From: Candidatus Micrarchaeota archaeon
GTDB taxonomy: Archaea > Micrarchaeota > Micrarchaeia > Anstonellales > Bilamarchaeaceae
Assembly (NCBI GenBank): GCA_016212525.1
Contig: JACRGD010000005.1
Location: 90,304-154,303 of the forward strand
Direction of reading: 5' to 3'
Length of the DNA stretch: 64,000 nt
In this document: positions 8,958 through 18,374 of the stretch, one piece after another
Position numbering within the stretch: the stretch's first letter is position 1
Layout: each line of letters begins with the position of its first letter
The notes under the pieces: model-generated
What the model was told of the DNA's origin: nothing
Database searches by the model: none
Seen by the model: only the letters and a program-made list of their open reading frames with translations
Translations under genes and position numbers: made by a program

Positions 8958-9944
8958 ATGAAAACTATCATTGTCGGCGGTCAATATGGAGACGAGGGTA
9001 AGGGAAAGATCATTTCTTATATGTCGATTACCGATGATCCTGATGTAATCGCCCGTGGCGGAGTCGGTCCAAATGCCGGACATGAAGTCAATTACAAGGG
9101 CAAGCGCTACCCCATGCGAATGCTTTCATGCGGCTTTGTAAATGAAAAAGCAAGACTCCTTATTGGTGCGGGTGTAGTTGTCAATCCAGACGTTTTCCTC
9201 AAAGAAGTCGATAGCATTAACGCTCATAAACGTTGCGGAGTCGATCTTCGCTGCGCAGTCATAACCCCCGAGCACATTGCCCGGGACGGAGCATCCGAAA
9301 CATCCCAGAAAATCGGATCTACCAAAACTGGCTGCGGGCCGGCAGTCGCAGATCGGGTAAACCGGGTCGGCACACTCGCCAAGGATTCTCCAGCGCTCAA
9401 GCCCTATCTTACTGATGTTGTTAAAGAAGTCCATTCTGCCAAGCGGGTTTTGATCGAAGGTACTCAAGGTTTCATGCTCTCCAATCTCTATGGCACTTAT
9501 CCATTTGTAACTTCAAAAGATGTTTCTGCATCAACTATTGCAGCGGATGTCGGTCTTGGTCCAACCCAGATCGATGATGTTGTCATGGTCATCAAATCAT
9601 ATACTACTCGAGTTGGCGCAGGCCCGCTAAAAGATGAACTCTCTGTCGAAGCAGCAAAAGCCAAGAACATGCAGGAATACGGAACCGTTACTGGTCGTCC
9701 AAGAAGAACGTCAGTTGATCTCCACTATGACGATCTGAGATTAGCAGCCCAAATAAATGGCACTACGCAGATTGCCATTACAAAAATAGACGTTCGATTC
9801 CCAGGCAATGCTGGAAAGAAAAAATTCGCAGATCTAACTCTCGAGGCGCAGTCCTTCATTAAACATGTTGAAAAAGAAGTTGGAGTTCCGGTTACTCTCA
9901 TTGGTACCGGGCCTGATGCGGAAGAAACGATCGATAGAAGATGA
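8958..9944 (+). CDS. purA: adenylosuccinate synthetase (short archaeal type)
   Basis: MKTIIVGGQYGDEGKGKI P-loop, GPNAGH, STKTGCGPA and GTVTGRPRR motifs. The upstream part of track ORF 8739-9944 overlaps the opposite-strand gene and is rejected. Confidence 0.9.
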   Translation: MKTIIVGGQYGDEGKGKIISYMSITDDPDVIARGGVGPNAGHEVNYKGKRYPMRMLSCGFVNEKARLLIGAGVVVNPDVFLKEVDSINAHKRCGVDLRCAVITPEHIARDGASETSQKIGSTKTGCGPAVADRVNRVGTLAKDSPALKPYLTDVVKEVHSAKRVLIEGTQGFMLSNLYGTYPFVTSKDVSASTIAADVGLGPTQIDDVVMVIKSYTTRVGAGPLKDELSVEAAKAKNMQEYGTVTGRPRRTSVDLHYDDLRLAAQINGTTQIAITKIDVRFPGNAGKKKFADLTLEAQSFIKHVEKEVGVPVTLIGTGPDAEETIDRR

Positions 9945-9992
9945 TTTTCCTTTATTTCTTTTATTTCATTACTTCCCGTGCTTAATCTATTT

Positions 9993-10832
9993 CTATTCTG
10001 TCGAGTCTGTTCTGGTGCAATTGCCCTCAACGCTAACTAACAGTTGTGCCTGCATCAGCTGAGTTTCATATCCCTGCATCTGCACGCAGACTTGGTTTTG
10101 CAAGAACCTTCTGCACTGTCTTCGTGCATATTGGCTATCAAGTCCTGATAGGTAGAAATGCATGTCCCATCTATCGGTTGGATCATCTGTATTTCGAACT
10201 ATGAGTTCCAATTCCGGTCCGTGGTTGATCCGACCTTCGCCATATATGCACCAGCCCCGACAGTAATTTATGTCTCTGTTGTATTGACCAAGTTCGACTT
10301 GATAGCTGTTTGTTTGGTTTAAATCCCAAACTACTAATGGTTGTGTTGCAGTTGCAAAAGCTCCCGTAGTTCGAGTATCTGTGCAACTCGTCTCACAGAC
10401 TTGTTCTATCTGCATCGCTACGTGCATCGCGTCTACTCGGTATCGAAATAAAATTGTAAATGGAGTGCTATTTCCCATATCGATAAATGGAGCGTATTGT
10501 ACTCCTCCTCCTTCGCCTACTCCGTGCCAGCCCTGACCGTAATTTAATGAAAGATCCGTCGTTGTCGGTCCGATGCCGTGTATCTCTATATCATCATTTC
10601 CTCTGACTATTATGTTTATGAGATCTGATCTAAGGACTGATGCAGGATCGTTCTCGATCAGAATCCCTCTAACCGGTTCGGTTTGACAGCTTAATCTTGG
10701 AAAACGAGGATCCCGAAAGTGATCTAGTGGAATGGGAACTGGCTGGTTCTGCATTGGTTGATCTGGTAGTGGAGCGCATGAGATCGTGGCTGCAATTATG
10801 CCTGAGCCAAGTGTCAATCTGAGTTTTTTCAC
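9993..10832 (-). CDS. secreted lipoprotein (hypothetical), divergent from the membrane-protein cluster
   Basis: GTG start. Signal peptide with the lipobox-like ATISC. Cys-containing soluble domain with no recognised motif. Confidence 0.5.
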   Translation of the reverse strand: MKKLRLTLGSGIIAATISCAPLPDQPMQNQPVPIPLDHFRDPRFPRLSCQTEPVRGILIENDPASVLRSDLINIIVRGNDDIEIHGIGPTTTDLSLNYGQGWHGVGEGGGVQYAPFIDMGNSTPFTILFRYRVDAMHVAMQIEQVCETSCTDTRTTGAFATATQPLVVWDLNQTNSYQVELGQYNRDINYCRGWCIYGEGRINHGPELELIVRNTDDPTDRWDMHFYLSGLDSQYARRQCRRFLQNQVCVQMQGYETQLMQAQLLVSVEGNCTRTDSTE

Positions 10833-10934
10833 AAATTTTTTGTGTTGGGATGGGTTAATAACTGTGTTTATTTTTTGTTTGGTTTGTTCGCCTCTAACCC
10901 GACACTAATATAATAAGCGTCAATCGCGATCGGA

Positions 10935-10942
10935 TTTATAAA
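10935..10942 (+). promoter_or_regulatory. putative TATA box (TTTATAAA) for a leaderless cluster transcript
   Basis: TTTATAAAC ends about 22 nt upstream of the GTG at 10964. The same TTTATAAAC core recurs at 28204, upstream of the last cluster gene. Confidence 0.4.
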
Positions 10943-10963
10943 CCTCAACGTAAAATAGAACTC

Positions 10964-12202
10964 GTGTCGATTCGCTCTCTGCTGTTACTGTTTTTCGTTC
11001 TGGCGTTATCGTCACTATCTAGTGCATCTGCAGTAGATCTTGTAAACAATTCTCACCTCATTCTTGGAACTGTAATTGTTCTAATCATAATTACTCTGGC
11101 CCTAATGTTCATGATCTGTGAGCCCCTCAATATGCCCAGCCTAAAAGTCTGGGTAAAATCAGAACTCCGTGAAGTAATCGTTGCTGGAATAATTTGCGCG
11201 GTCTGTATTTCTTTTTTCTACGGTTCCACGTCCGTTACTGCAGTCCTCACGGGAGTTAGCGATTATCATCAAAGTGCGCTCTCATTTCTAGGTAATCTTT
11301 CCGAGCGCTCTTATGCTGGCTATTTCAACGCCATCAAAGTTAACCAATATGTAACTATGCGAAGCGGATTTTCAAGTTCGTTTTCGGCAGGCCACATGTA
11401 TGCTGCGCTTTCTTTAGTCCAGGCTCCTTATTCTGGCTACTCCGCACTAAACATAATTCTTAATAATATCTCCAATACTCTGGCAATCAACATCGTAACT
11501 CTCGAAGCACTCTCGGTTTTTCTCGATTTTATTATTCATAGTTCAGATAAACTTCTCTATCTGGCCTTTGCACTTAGATTTATTCCATTTACGCGCTCGG
11601 TTGGAAGTACCCTCATAGCCATAATTTTGGGAGTCTATGTTCTTTTTCCATTTGCACTCGTATTTCTATCGCTTACACATAGCTTCGGTGCTCCGACTTC
11701 AAATCCTCCAAACCAGGTTTTAGTTCCCACTGCAGTTGTTCCTTCGTCCGTCTTTAATGATCTAAGTTTCACTTTGCCTCCGGGTTCAAGTTTCATCTGC
11801 TCTGAGCCCTGGATGAGATTACTCGTGGCGAACCTGGGCGAACTTGGATTCTCGATTCCTCCCTGTCTGCTTATTGCGCTTGCCGGTCTTCCCTTTGGTT
11901 ATGGTGCACTTTTTGCCCAATGCTTCCAGGTCATGACCCAGTTTGTATATCCTCTTCTGACAAATGTAGTTCTGCCCATTTTGTGGAGTGCCGTTATTAT
12001 TCCAGCCTCTCTAATGCCAGCAAATGTGGCAGCTGTTTTCAATAGTCTTACTTCATTTAATGCCGCAGTTGTGGGTCTGGTCGTTCTGACTTATGTCGAT
12101 CTCATTTTGGTTCTCATGATAACCATGGTCGGTATAAGAAGCATTTCCCTCGCACTAGGAGGCGAGTATATGATTCCCGGAGTTCAGAGGTTGGTTTCAT
12201 GA
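10964..12202 (+). CDS. polytopic membrane protein, paralog 1 of 6 (unknown family)
   Basis: 412 aa. It carries the family motifs NMPSLKVWVKSELREV, LRFIPFTRSVGSTLIAIILGVYVLFPF and the C-terminal tail LGGEYMIPGVQRLVS. Its stop overlaps the next start (ATGA). Confidence 0.8.
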   Translation: MSIRSLLLLFFVLALSSLSSASAVDLVNNSHLILGTVIVLIIITLALMFMICEPLNMPSLKVWVKSELREVIVAGIICAVCISFFYGSTSVTAVLTGVSDYHQSALSFLGNLSERSYAGYFNAIKVNQYVTMRSGFSSSFSAGHMYAALSLVQAPYSGYSALNIILNNISNTLAINIVTLEALSVFLDFIIHSSDKLLYLAFALRFIPFTRSVGSTLIAIILGVYVLFPFALVFLSLTHSFGAPTSNPPNQVLVPTAVVPSSVFNDLSFTLPPGSSFICSEPWMRLLVANLGELGFSIPPCLLIALAGLPFGYGALFAQCFQVMTQFVYPLLTNVVLPILWSAVIIPASLMPANVAAVFNSLTSFNAAVVGLVVLTYVDLILVLMITMVGIRSISLALGGEYMIPGVQRLVS

Positions 12203-13218
12203 AGGTGAATATTCTATTCTTCCTACTTTCACTCATTCTTTTTTCTCCGGTAGTTTTCTCGCTCTCATGTTCCACCTCTACCTTTAATGATATCCTGGGC
12301 GGTGATTCGGGAAGAATACTGGGGGTTGCATTATTTTTAACTGTCCTAATCATTGCTCTTGCTTATGCATTTGGATCTATAATGAACAATCAGCATGCAA
12401 CCGTCTTTGCCAAAGAAGAACTTTTTCCCCTTTTTATGTCTGCTATTTTGGTAGTTGGCATCGGTTCTGTAGTTTTCTTTTCATGTTCCCTCTTCTCAAG
12501 TTTTCTTGATTATTCATTTTCTCCATTGGCTATCGGGGTGGGTTCTGGCACTTCTCTCGATTCCTGCTATGTAGGTTCAGATAGTCTCCAACGCCTTTCT
12601 TTCTGCTATCTGAGCCGGACCAAAGCTGCCGCTCAACAGTATGTGAGCGCTGCCATGGATAAAAGTCTTCATAGTGAAATGGATTCTACAAACGTGATTG
12701 GTGCATCAAATCCCATCAGTGGTAGTGTCTCTCTACCAACGACTGCCTGGAAGCGTGCATACGCTGCTCAGTTCGAATCCATGGCAATGTCCTTTGCATT
12801 GCCCTCGCTCATTAGTCTTACTATCCAAGTCCTTTTTCTATCGCTAAATGTCGAGTTGATAAAGTGGCTTTTGCCCGCGGCACTTTTACTTCGCATCCTA
12901 CCTCCCACTCGTCATCTGGGCAATGTTCTTATTGCTATTGTAATAGTACTCTATGTGATAGTCCCCTTCTTCTATGCCCTAAATGGTGCAATGGACAACA
13001 AACTTACAACCTCTGCATCCTGTATCGATTCTTACACGTCCATTGTTAGTGATCCGACTTTAGACTATGATACTACTGGCTCCTCGTGCGATTCACCAAC
13101 TGGTTATTGGGCACTCGCCCGTTTGATTCCTCACGCGTTTTTCCTGCCTAACCTGGTACTTGCCATTTCCATCACCTTTATCGTTTCACTTTCCAAGGCT
13201 TTGGAGGTTATCCAATGA
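12199..13218 (+). CDS. polytopic membrane protein, paralog 2 of 6
   Basis: 339 aa. Motifs ALAYAFG...VFAKEELFPL and LRILPPTRHLGNVLIAIVIVLYVIVPF. The C-terminal tail is degenerate (SKALEVIQ). ATGA overlaps at both ends. Confidence 0.8.
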   Translation: MKVNILFFLLSLILFSPVVFSLSCSTSTFNDILGGDSGRILGVALFLTVLIIALAYAFGSIMNNQHATVFAKEELFPLFMSAILVVGIGSVVFFSCSLFSSFLDYSFSPLAIGVGSGTSLDSCYVGSDSLQRLSFCYLSRTKAAAQQYVSAAMDKSLHSEMDSTNVIGASNPISGSVSLPTTAWKRAYAAQFESMAMSFALPSLISLTIQVLFLSLNVELIKWLLPAALLLRILPPTRHLGNVLIAIVIVLYVIVPFFYALNGAMDNKLTTSASCIDSYTSIVSDPTLDYDTTGSSCDSPTGYWALARLIPHAFFLPNLVLAISITFIVSLSKALEVIQ

Positions 13219-15098
13219 AACTCCTCTCGCATCCATCCATTTCACGTCTTTTACTTACGTGTGTTTTCCTACTATTCATATTTAGTTCTTCATTTTCTAC
13301 TGATGTTGCATCTGGTTCGCCCATCGCTCTTATTAGCGACTGGCGTGCTATGTCTCTTTCGCTCTCGATCCTTTCGGTCATAATAATTTCAATTGTCGTT
13401 ATGCTTGCGACTGCATTTGACATTTCCGAACTTAAGGCCTGGGCCAGCAGCGAATTAACTCAGGTTTTCTCTACTGCACTGATAGTTCTTCTCTTATCTG
13501 GCAGCCTTACCTTCATGGATATGATTGTTGGCCAGATTGTAAATGGCTCGAACCTTGGATTCACCTGCTCTGGTACTTCTATCTGCGCGGTTGCTGTTGC
13601 AAACAATTATCTCGATGGCCTTATTCAAATCGGAGTTGGTACCTCAAGTACTGCTCTAAATGATTATGCACTTGCATCAAAAATCAGCTCTATCCGTCCG
13701 ACTGTCTTTAGCCAGATCTTCATCTACCCGGTTCCCCTACTCCAGCCTCAGATCTCGTTTCTTCCGGGTGCAGGTTATCTTCTGGATCTGGATCGAACAA
13801 TTCAGGTCGTAGAAACACTCTCGAACATTCTTTCCTCACTCTATGCCCAGAAATTCTTTGTCTCTGAGATCTCATTCAAACTTGCTCCTATTCTTCTGGG
13901 TTTGGGTGTCGTAGCCCGTTCGTTTTTCTTCACGCGCAGAATCGGCGGACTCCTTATTGCGGTCGGTATTGGAGTCATGTATGTGTTCCCGCTAATGTAT
14001 GTCTTTGACTGGCTCAGTCTAAATGTGGCCCTCTCGGGTGGGTCTTCTTTAGGTATTGATGCTACGACCTGCCCCGTCCAGTGTATGGCACAGTTGCCTC
14101 ATTTCTACATTGAGGAAAATAATCTTTCCTTCTCTTCTCGTGCCGCTCTCTATTCATATCTGGATTCGTCTCGTGCCATCTCCAGCGGAGCAAACATAAC
14201 TATCTTCCATCTGGATCGGGGCGATCAGGAAACTGCAACTTTCGGGAGCTTTACAGTTCATAGCTGTAATGTTAATCCATGTCCGACCGAGTGTCGCGAA
14301 CTTCCATTTCCGCAATCGCCTAGTTGTTTTGCAAATGCCTCTTTCTGTGCCAATCTCCCTGTTCAGTGCAAACTTACGCGTTATGCTGATACTTCCGAAA
14401 CTGCCGCTGCAGATCTGGTTAGTTGTCCTTTGACCTGCAGGTCGGTTCCTCCTCTTAAGAGTAATTGCAGTGTTTCTACTTCTCTTTCAACTCACAGTGT
14501 ATTTTGCAGTGAAGCCGCTTCTAATCCTGCTGTAGCTGCACTTTGCCCAGTGATCTGTGCAAGTTCTCCATCCGACCCAATTTGTTCGTCTTCCACTGCA
14601 ATGGTTCCTGACGATCCACTCAATTGTCTGGACGCAAAGGACTACTGCCGATTTGCCCGATCTGACTCTTTGTCTGTTCGTCCGTCCAATTGTCGATCTG
14701 ATAGTCCCGCTTCATATTCCTGCCCTGCAAGTTTAGACGCCAATCAATCGTGTGTTTGGGTTCTTCCTCCGCAATCCCTCCTGGATTCACATCGCTGCGA
14801 TGGTTGTCTTTTTGTCAAGAAAGAATCGACCCTAAATCCTCCGATAATTGGTTCCTGTGCTGATCTGTGCGGTGCTTCAGGAGTTGTTGGACCAAGAAAA
14901 GTCTCGCCTTCTGAATTTGCAAGGCGCTCTTCAGAGGGTATGGTGGGTAAAGAGGATCTCAAATCAATCGCCACGCTCTATCTCCCGGGCTTCCTTCTTC
15001 CTCTTCTTAATATCGTAATTACTTTGATGTTCATTCGTTCGTTCTCGCAATTCTTGGGCGGGGATGTCGATATTCCGGGGCTGGTGAGAATAATATGA
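13215..15098 (+). CDS. polytopic membrane protein, paralog 3 of 6, with a ~270-aa cysteine-rich insertion
   Basis: 627 aa. Motifs ISELKAWASSELTQV, ARSFFFTRRIGGLLIAVGIGVMYVFPL and tail LGGDVDIPGLVRII. The insertion between the FTR helix and the last TM segment holds 24 Cys, including four CPxxC. Confidence 0.8.
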   Translation: MKLLSHPSISRLLLTCVFLLFIFSSSFSTDVASGSPIALISDWRAMSLSLSILSVIIISIVVMLATAFDISELKAWASSELTQVFSTALIVLLLSGSLTFMDMIVGQIVNGSNLGFTCSGTSICAVAVANNYLDGLIQIGVGTSSTALNDYALASKISSIRPTVFSQIFIYPVPLLQPQISFLPGAGYLLDLDRTIQVVETLSNILSSLYAQKFFVSEISFKLAPILLGLGVVARSFFFTRRIGGLLIAVGIGVMYVFPLMYVFDWLSLNVALSGGSSLGIDATTCPVQCMAQLPHFYIEENNLSFSSRAALYSYLDSSRAISSGANITIFHLDRGDQETATFGSFTVHSCNVNPCPTECRELPFPQSPSCFANASFCANLPVQCKLTRYADTSETAAADLVSCPLTCRSVPPLKSNCSVSTSLSTHSVFCSEAASNPAVAALCPVICASSPSDPICSSSTAMVPDDPLNCLDAKDYCRFARSDSLSVRPSNCRSDSPASYSCPASLDANQSCVWVLPPQSLLDSHRCDGCLFVKKESTLNPPIIGSCADLCGASGVVGPRKVSPSEFARRSSEGMVGKEDLKSIATLYLPGFLLPLLNIVITLMFIRSFSQFLGGDVDIPGLVRII

Positions 15099-16174
15099 TT
15101 GCCAAACTACGTCCTAAATTCAGCATGCTGCTTGGCATTTTATTCCTTGTCTGCTGTTCATTTGCAGCTCCCTTGGACTGGCTACCTTTCGCGGCAGGTG
15201 CCCTGACCCTTTCGGCAATAATTGTTGCAGTTCTCTATATGCTTGGAATTGGTCTGAATCTTAATGATCTAAAATTCCTCGCATCCGAGGAGCTTTACCA
15301 GCTCATTGCCACCGCAATCATTATTGGAGTTTTATTCACAGCAGACACAACCATCAATTCGGTTTTCGCTTCCTTTGGAATTACTCCGACTCTCCAGAAT
15401 GCAAGCATCGCTACTGTCAACGGCTATATTTCCAATCAGGCCTCTTCATTTAATACGCTCAAAACATTCGCTCACACTCTGGGCCTTGAGTCTTCCAAAA
15501 ACATGTACTGTTCTTTCTCAGCCATGGGCTTTAGCGTCGCTCCATGTGGTGGATTCGCTTCCATTACTCCTGCAGTTACCTTCGGAATACAGATGATTGC
15601 AATTTCCGTTACTGAATCCAATTCTCTTCTTACTCTTCTTAAGTTTGGATCCACCTATGGCCTCTCACTTATTTTGCCCTTGGGGATCCTGATGCGAACG
15701 TTCAAATTCACCCGTGGTGCAGGTGGCCTTATTATCGGATTTGGAGTTGGTATTTATCTCTTCCTTCCTCTGGCAGTAATTTTCATGGATGGTATAACTT
15801 CTCCGCTTGCACCAACTACCGCAGTTTCGCTTCCTGAATTTAGTTGTGACATTCATTCATTTAGTGATGGTGTCTATACTATTGCTGATATAAATGATCA
15901 TAGTCTCTTTGGTACTGAGGCTTTTAGTGGCTCTGTAAGTTTAAGTTCCTTTAGCGGTTCAAACAGTTTCGATTTCGGATACAAAAACGCCGCAATCGCA
16001 GGCGGACTTCTCATGGCACTCAAAGGTGTTTTGCCTTCTCTGATCTATTTCTTTTTGATCCAATCTACATTGACTCTCATAATCGCTCTTTCGGCATTTT
16101 TCATGTCCATGCGATCGATTTCAAGGCTCGCAGGCGCAGAGGTTGAAATTTCATCATTAATGAGGATTTCGTGA
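15095..16174 (+). CDS. polytopic membrane protein, paralog 4 of 6
   Basis: 359 aa. Motifs VLYMLG...LNDLKFLASEELYQL, MRTFKFTRGAGGLIIGFGVGIYLFLPL and tail LAGAEVEISSLMRIS. Confidence 0.8.
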   Translation: MIAKLRPKFSMLLGILFLVCCSFAAPLDWLPFAAGALTLSAIIVAVLYMLGIGLNLNDLKFLASEELYQLIATAIIIGVLFTADTTINSVFASFGITPTLQNASIATVNGYISNQASSFNTLKTFAHTLGLESSKNMYCSFSAMGFSVAPCGGFASITPAVTFGIQMIAISVTESNSLLTLLKFGSTYGLSLILPLGILMRTFKFTRGAGGLIIGFGVGIYLFLPLAVIFMDGITSPLAPTTAVSLPEFSCDIHSFSDGVYTIADINDHSLFGTEAFSGSVSLSSFSGSNSFDFGYKNAAIAGGLLMALKGVLPSLIYFFLIQSTLTLIIALSAFFMSMRSISRLAGAEVEISSLMRIS

Positions 16175-16178
16175 TTAT

Positions 16179-17303
16179 ATGGTTGTTGGCGGAATTTGTT
16201 CTAGTGCATCGTTGGGATTCCTTTCCTCCAGTCTCTACCCTCTTTTAGCTATTGCCGGAACCGTAACTGCAATAATTATTGCACTTGCTTATGCCATAGG
16301 AGAAGTTACTTCAAATCCCAAAATGTCTCTCTGGTCAAAAACCGAAATCTTCCAGCTTATTGCCTCTATGGTCTGCTGTGTTATTTTACTCCAGATTATA
16401 ACTGTCTTTTGTCTGCTTGATGTCCGTTCGATCTATTCTTTATTTACTAACACTGTCCCTGCTACTTCCCTTACAATCTATGATGCTGCTGATCACTATT
16501 TCATTGACGCGGGTACCTGGACCAGTGGCCTGCTTCGATCCGCCCGCTATCATCTAGGTTCATTTTTTGTCTTACAAAATTTCGGCCGGTCCACCTGCGA
16601 AGATATGCCTGCCGAGATTCGCTGGCTTTTCTGTATTTTTGGTACTGTTGCGACCAGTAGTGCCAGTGGTGGCATTAGTGTCAGTGTGAACACCATTCCC
16701 GATTCCGGATACGGTCTTCTCTCAAGTGGTCTTTTTGTTTCGTTCAACTCTATTCTATTCGCCCTTCTTTCGCTCCTTAATTACACTTTCATTCTTCGCT
16801 ATCTTTATGGAGGTTTCATACTTCTGTTCCTGCCTTTGGGCATGATGCTTAGGTCTATGCCGTTTATGAGGCAAATCGGTTCTCTGCTTATTGCCGTTGC
16901 AATTTCATTTGCAATAATCTACCCGCTTGTCCTCTCCGTCTTCTATATCGATTTCCTTCAACCTGCGCCTGTACGAATCCTGACACCCTGCTCATCCGCA
17001 TTCCTCTATTCAAATGAAGATTTGGATTCAAAGGTCGATTTGAGTGATGCATTTGATCTTGATGGCACTCTATATGATGATCTCTTTTCAACTTCAAACG
17101 ATCAGACAATCTGCGGTACAGCGTATGCCTCAGGTGAACATGGAGATCAGACTTTCGAAATTATAAAACTTACAGCCAATGCCTTCCTAATCGGAGTTTT
17201 CATTCCCTCATTATCTCTTTTGGCTTCTGCTGCTGCAGTCTCTTATGCAAACCGCTTCCTGGGACAGGAAATAGATTTAAGTAGAATAGTTCAGATGGTG
17301 TGA
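16179..17303 (+). CDS. polytopic membrane protein, paralog 5 of 6
   Basis: 374 aa. Motifs ALAYAIG...MSLWSKTEIFQL, LRSMPFMRQIGSLLIAVAISFAIIYPL and tail LGQEIDLSRIVQMV. Confidence 0.8.
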   Translation: MVVGGICSSASLGFLSSSLYPLLAIAGTVTAIIIALAYAIGEVTSNPKMSLWSKTEIFQLIASMVCCVILLQIITVFCLLDVRSIYSLFTNTVPATSLTIYDAADHYFIDAGTWTSGLLRSARYHLGSFFVLQNFGRSTCEDMPAEIRWLFCIFGTVATSSASGGISVSVNTIPDSGYGLLSSGLFVSFNSILFALLSLLNYTFILRYLYGGFILLFLPLGMMLRSMPFMRQIGSLLIAVAISFAIIYPLVLSVFYIDFLQPAPVRILTPCSSAFLYSNEDLDSKVDLSDAFDLDGTLYDDLFSTSNDQTICGTAYASGEHGDQTFEIIKLTANAFLIGVFIPSLSLLASAAAVSYANRFLGQEIDLSRIVQMV

Positions 17304-17306
17304 TTG

Positions 17307-18365
17307 ATGACTGACGCGACAATGATAACCGGATATTTGAGGGGCTTTGATGTAGGCGCCCTATCTACTATAGATCCGGCATTTCAATGGCTTCCTCTTT
17401 GTCTTGGTGCAGCAGTTCTTACAATTACTGTTTATGCCCTTATTTACGGTCTTTCAAAATCCTTCAATCTTTCAGAATTAGAACGCCATTCTAAATCCGA
17501 GCTTCTTAATGCCGGAGCGACTGCGCTGATTGTCATTTTCATCGTTTTTCTAGTTACTCAGATGGAAACATTTGTGATCGGTTCTGTTCTATGCAATGGT
17601 GCGACCTGTGCTACTTTGCCCTGTGGCGGAGTAAGTTATGAAATCCGTCAGCTCTCAACTGTTTTTGATGTTATTCAATGTCGAATGTCCGAGCGGGCAC
17701 ATTCGTTTGCAGATTTACAGGAACAGGTTACTTCTGCCGCTATTCTTCCAACTTCTCTGTTGAACCTTAATCTTGGTTTAGTTGGGACTCAGGTATTTTC
17801 CGGTTATATGGTCGGTTCCTGGTACAAGGAGGTCGAAACATATCGATTACTTAATCATGCACTCTCAACCTTTCTTATTTCAACTAATGCAATGATCGTT
17901 GTGGCACAATACATAAAGCAAAATTTACTCTCGTTTTTCCTGCCTATCGGGTTGCTTTTGCGTTCGCTCTATTTCACCCGCGGAATCGGTGCTTTCCTGA
18001 TTTCTTTTGCTCTTTGTTTCTATTTCATTTTCCCAATTGTCTATACTCTTACTGATTCGAACTATATTCCGCCTTCCTATTCAGCTCCGCCAACCCCGCC
18101 TGAAATTAAATCCCAGTTCTGCTATCCCACATTTACTGGCGTAGTCTATAGTATCTATTCTTCAACCTCATCCGCTTCACCCTCAGCCGGTTCAAACTCT
18201 ATTTCACTTGATGAACTTAGGTCTTCTCTTTCTTCAGTCTATATTTCTCTATTAGTCCAGCCATTCGCCTGCTTTGCCATAACTCTGGTTTTCGTTCGCT
18301 ATATGACCTACATATTTGGAGGAGAAGCCCAGGATGTGCTTCGAGGAGTCGCAAAAGTAGTTTAG
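17307..18365 (+). CDS. polytopic membrane protein, paralog 6 of 6
   Basis: About 352 aa. I prefer the ATG at 17307 to the TTG at 17304. Motifs YALIYG...LSELERHSKSELLN, LRSLYFTRGIGAFLISFALCFYFIFPI and tail FGGEAQDVLRGVAKVV. Confidence 0.8.
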   Translation: MTDATMITGYLRGFDVGALSTIDPAFQWLPLCLGAAVLTITVYALIYGLSKSFNLSELERHSKSELLNAGATALIVIFIVFLVTQMETFVIGSVLCNGATCATLPCGGVSYEIRQLSTVFDVIQCRMSERAHSFADLQEQVTSAAILPTSLLNLNLGLVGTQVFSGYMVGSWYKEVETYRLLNHALSTFLISTNAMIVVAQYIKQNLLSFFLPIGLLLRSLYFTRGIGAFLISFALCFYFIFPIVYTLTDSNYIPPSYSAPPTPPEIKSQFCYPTFTGVVYSIYSSTSSASPSAGSNSISLDELRSSLSSVYISLLVQPFACFAITLVFVRYMTYIFGGEAQDVLRGVAKVV

Positions 18366-18374
18366 GTGCTCGAT

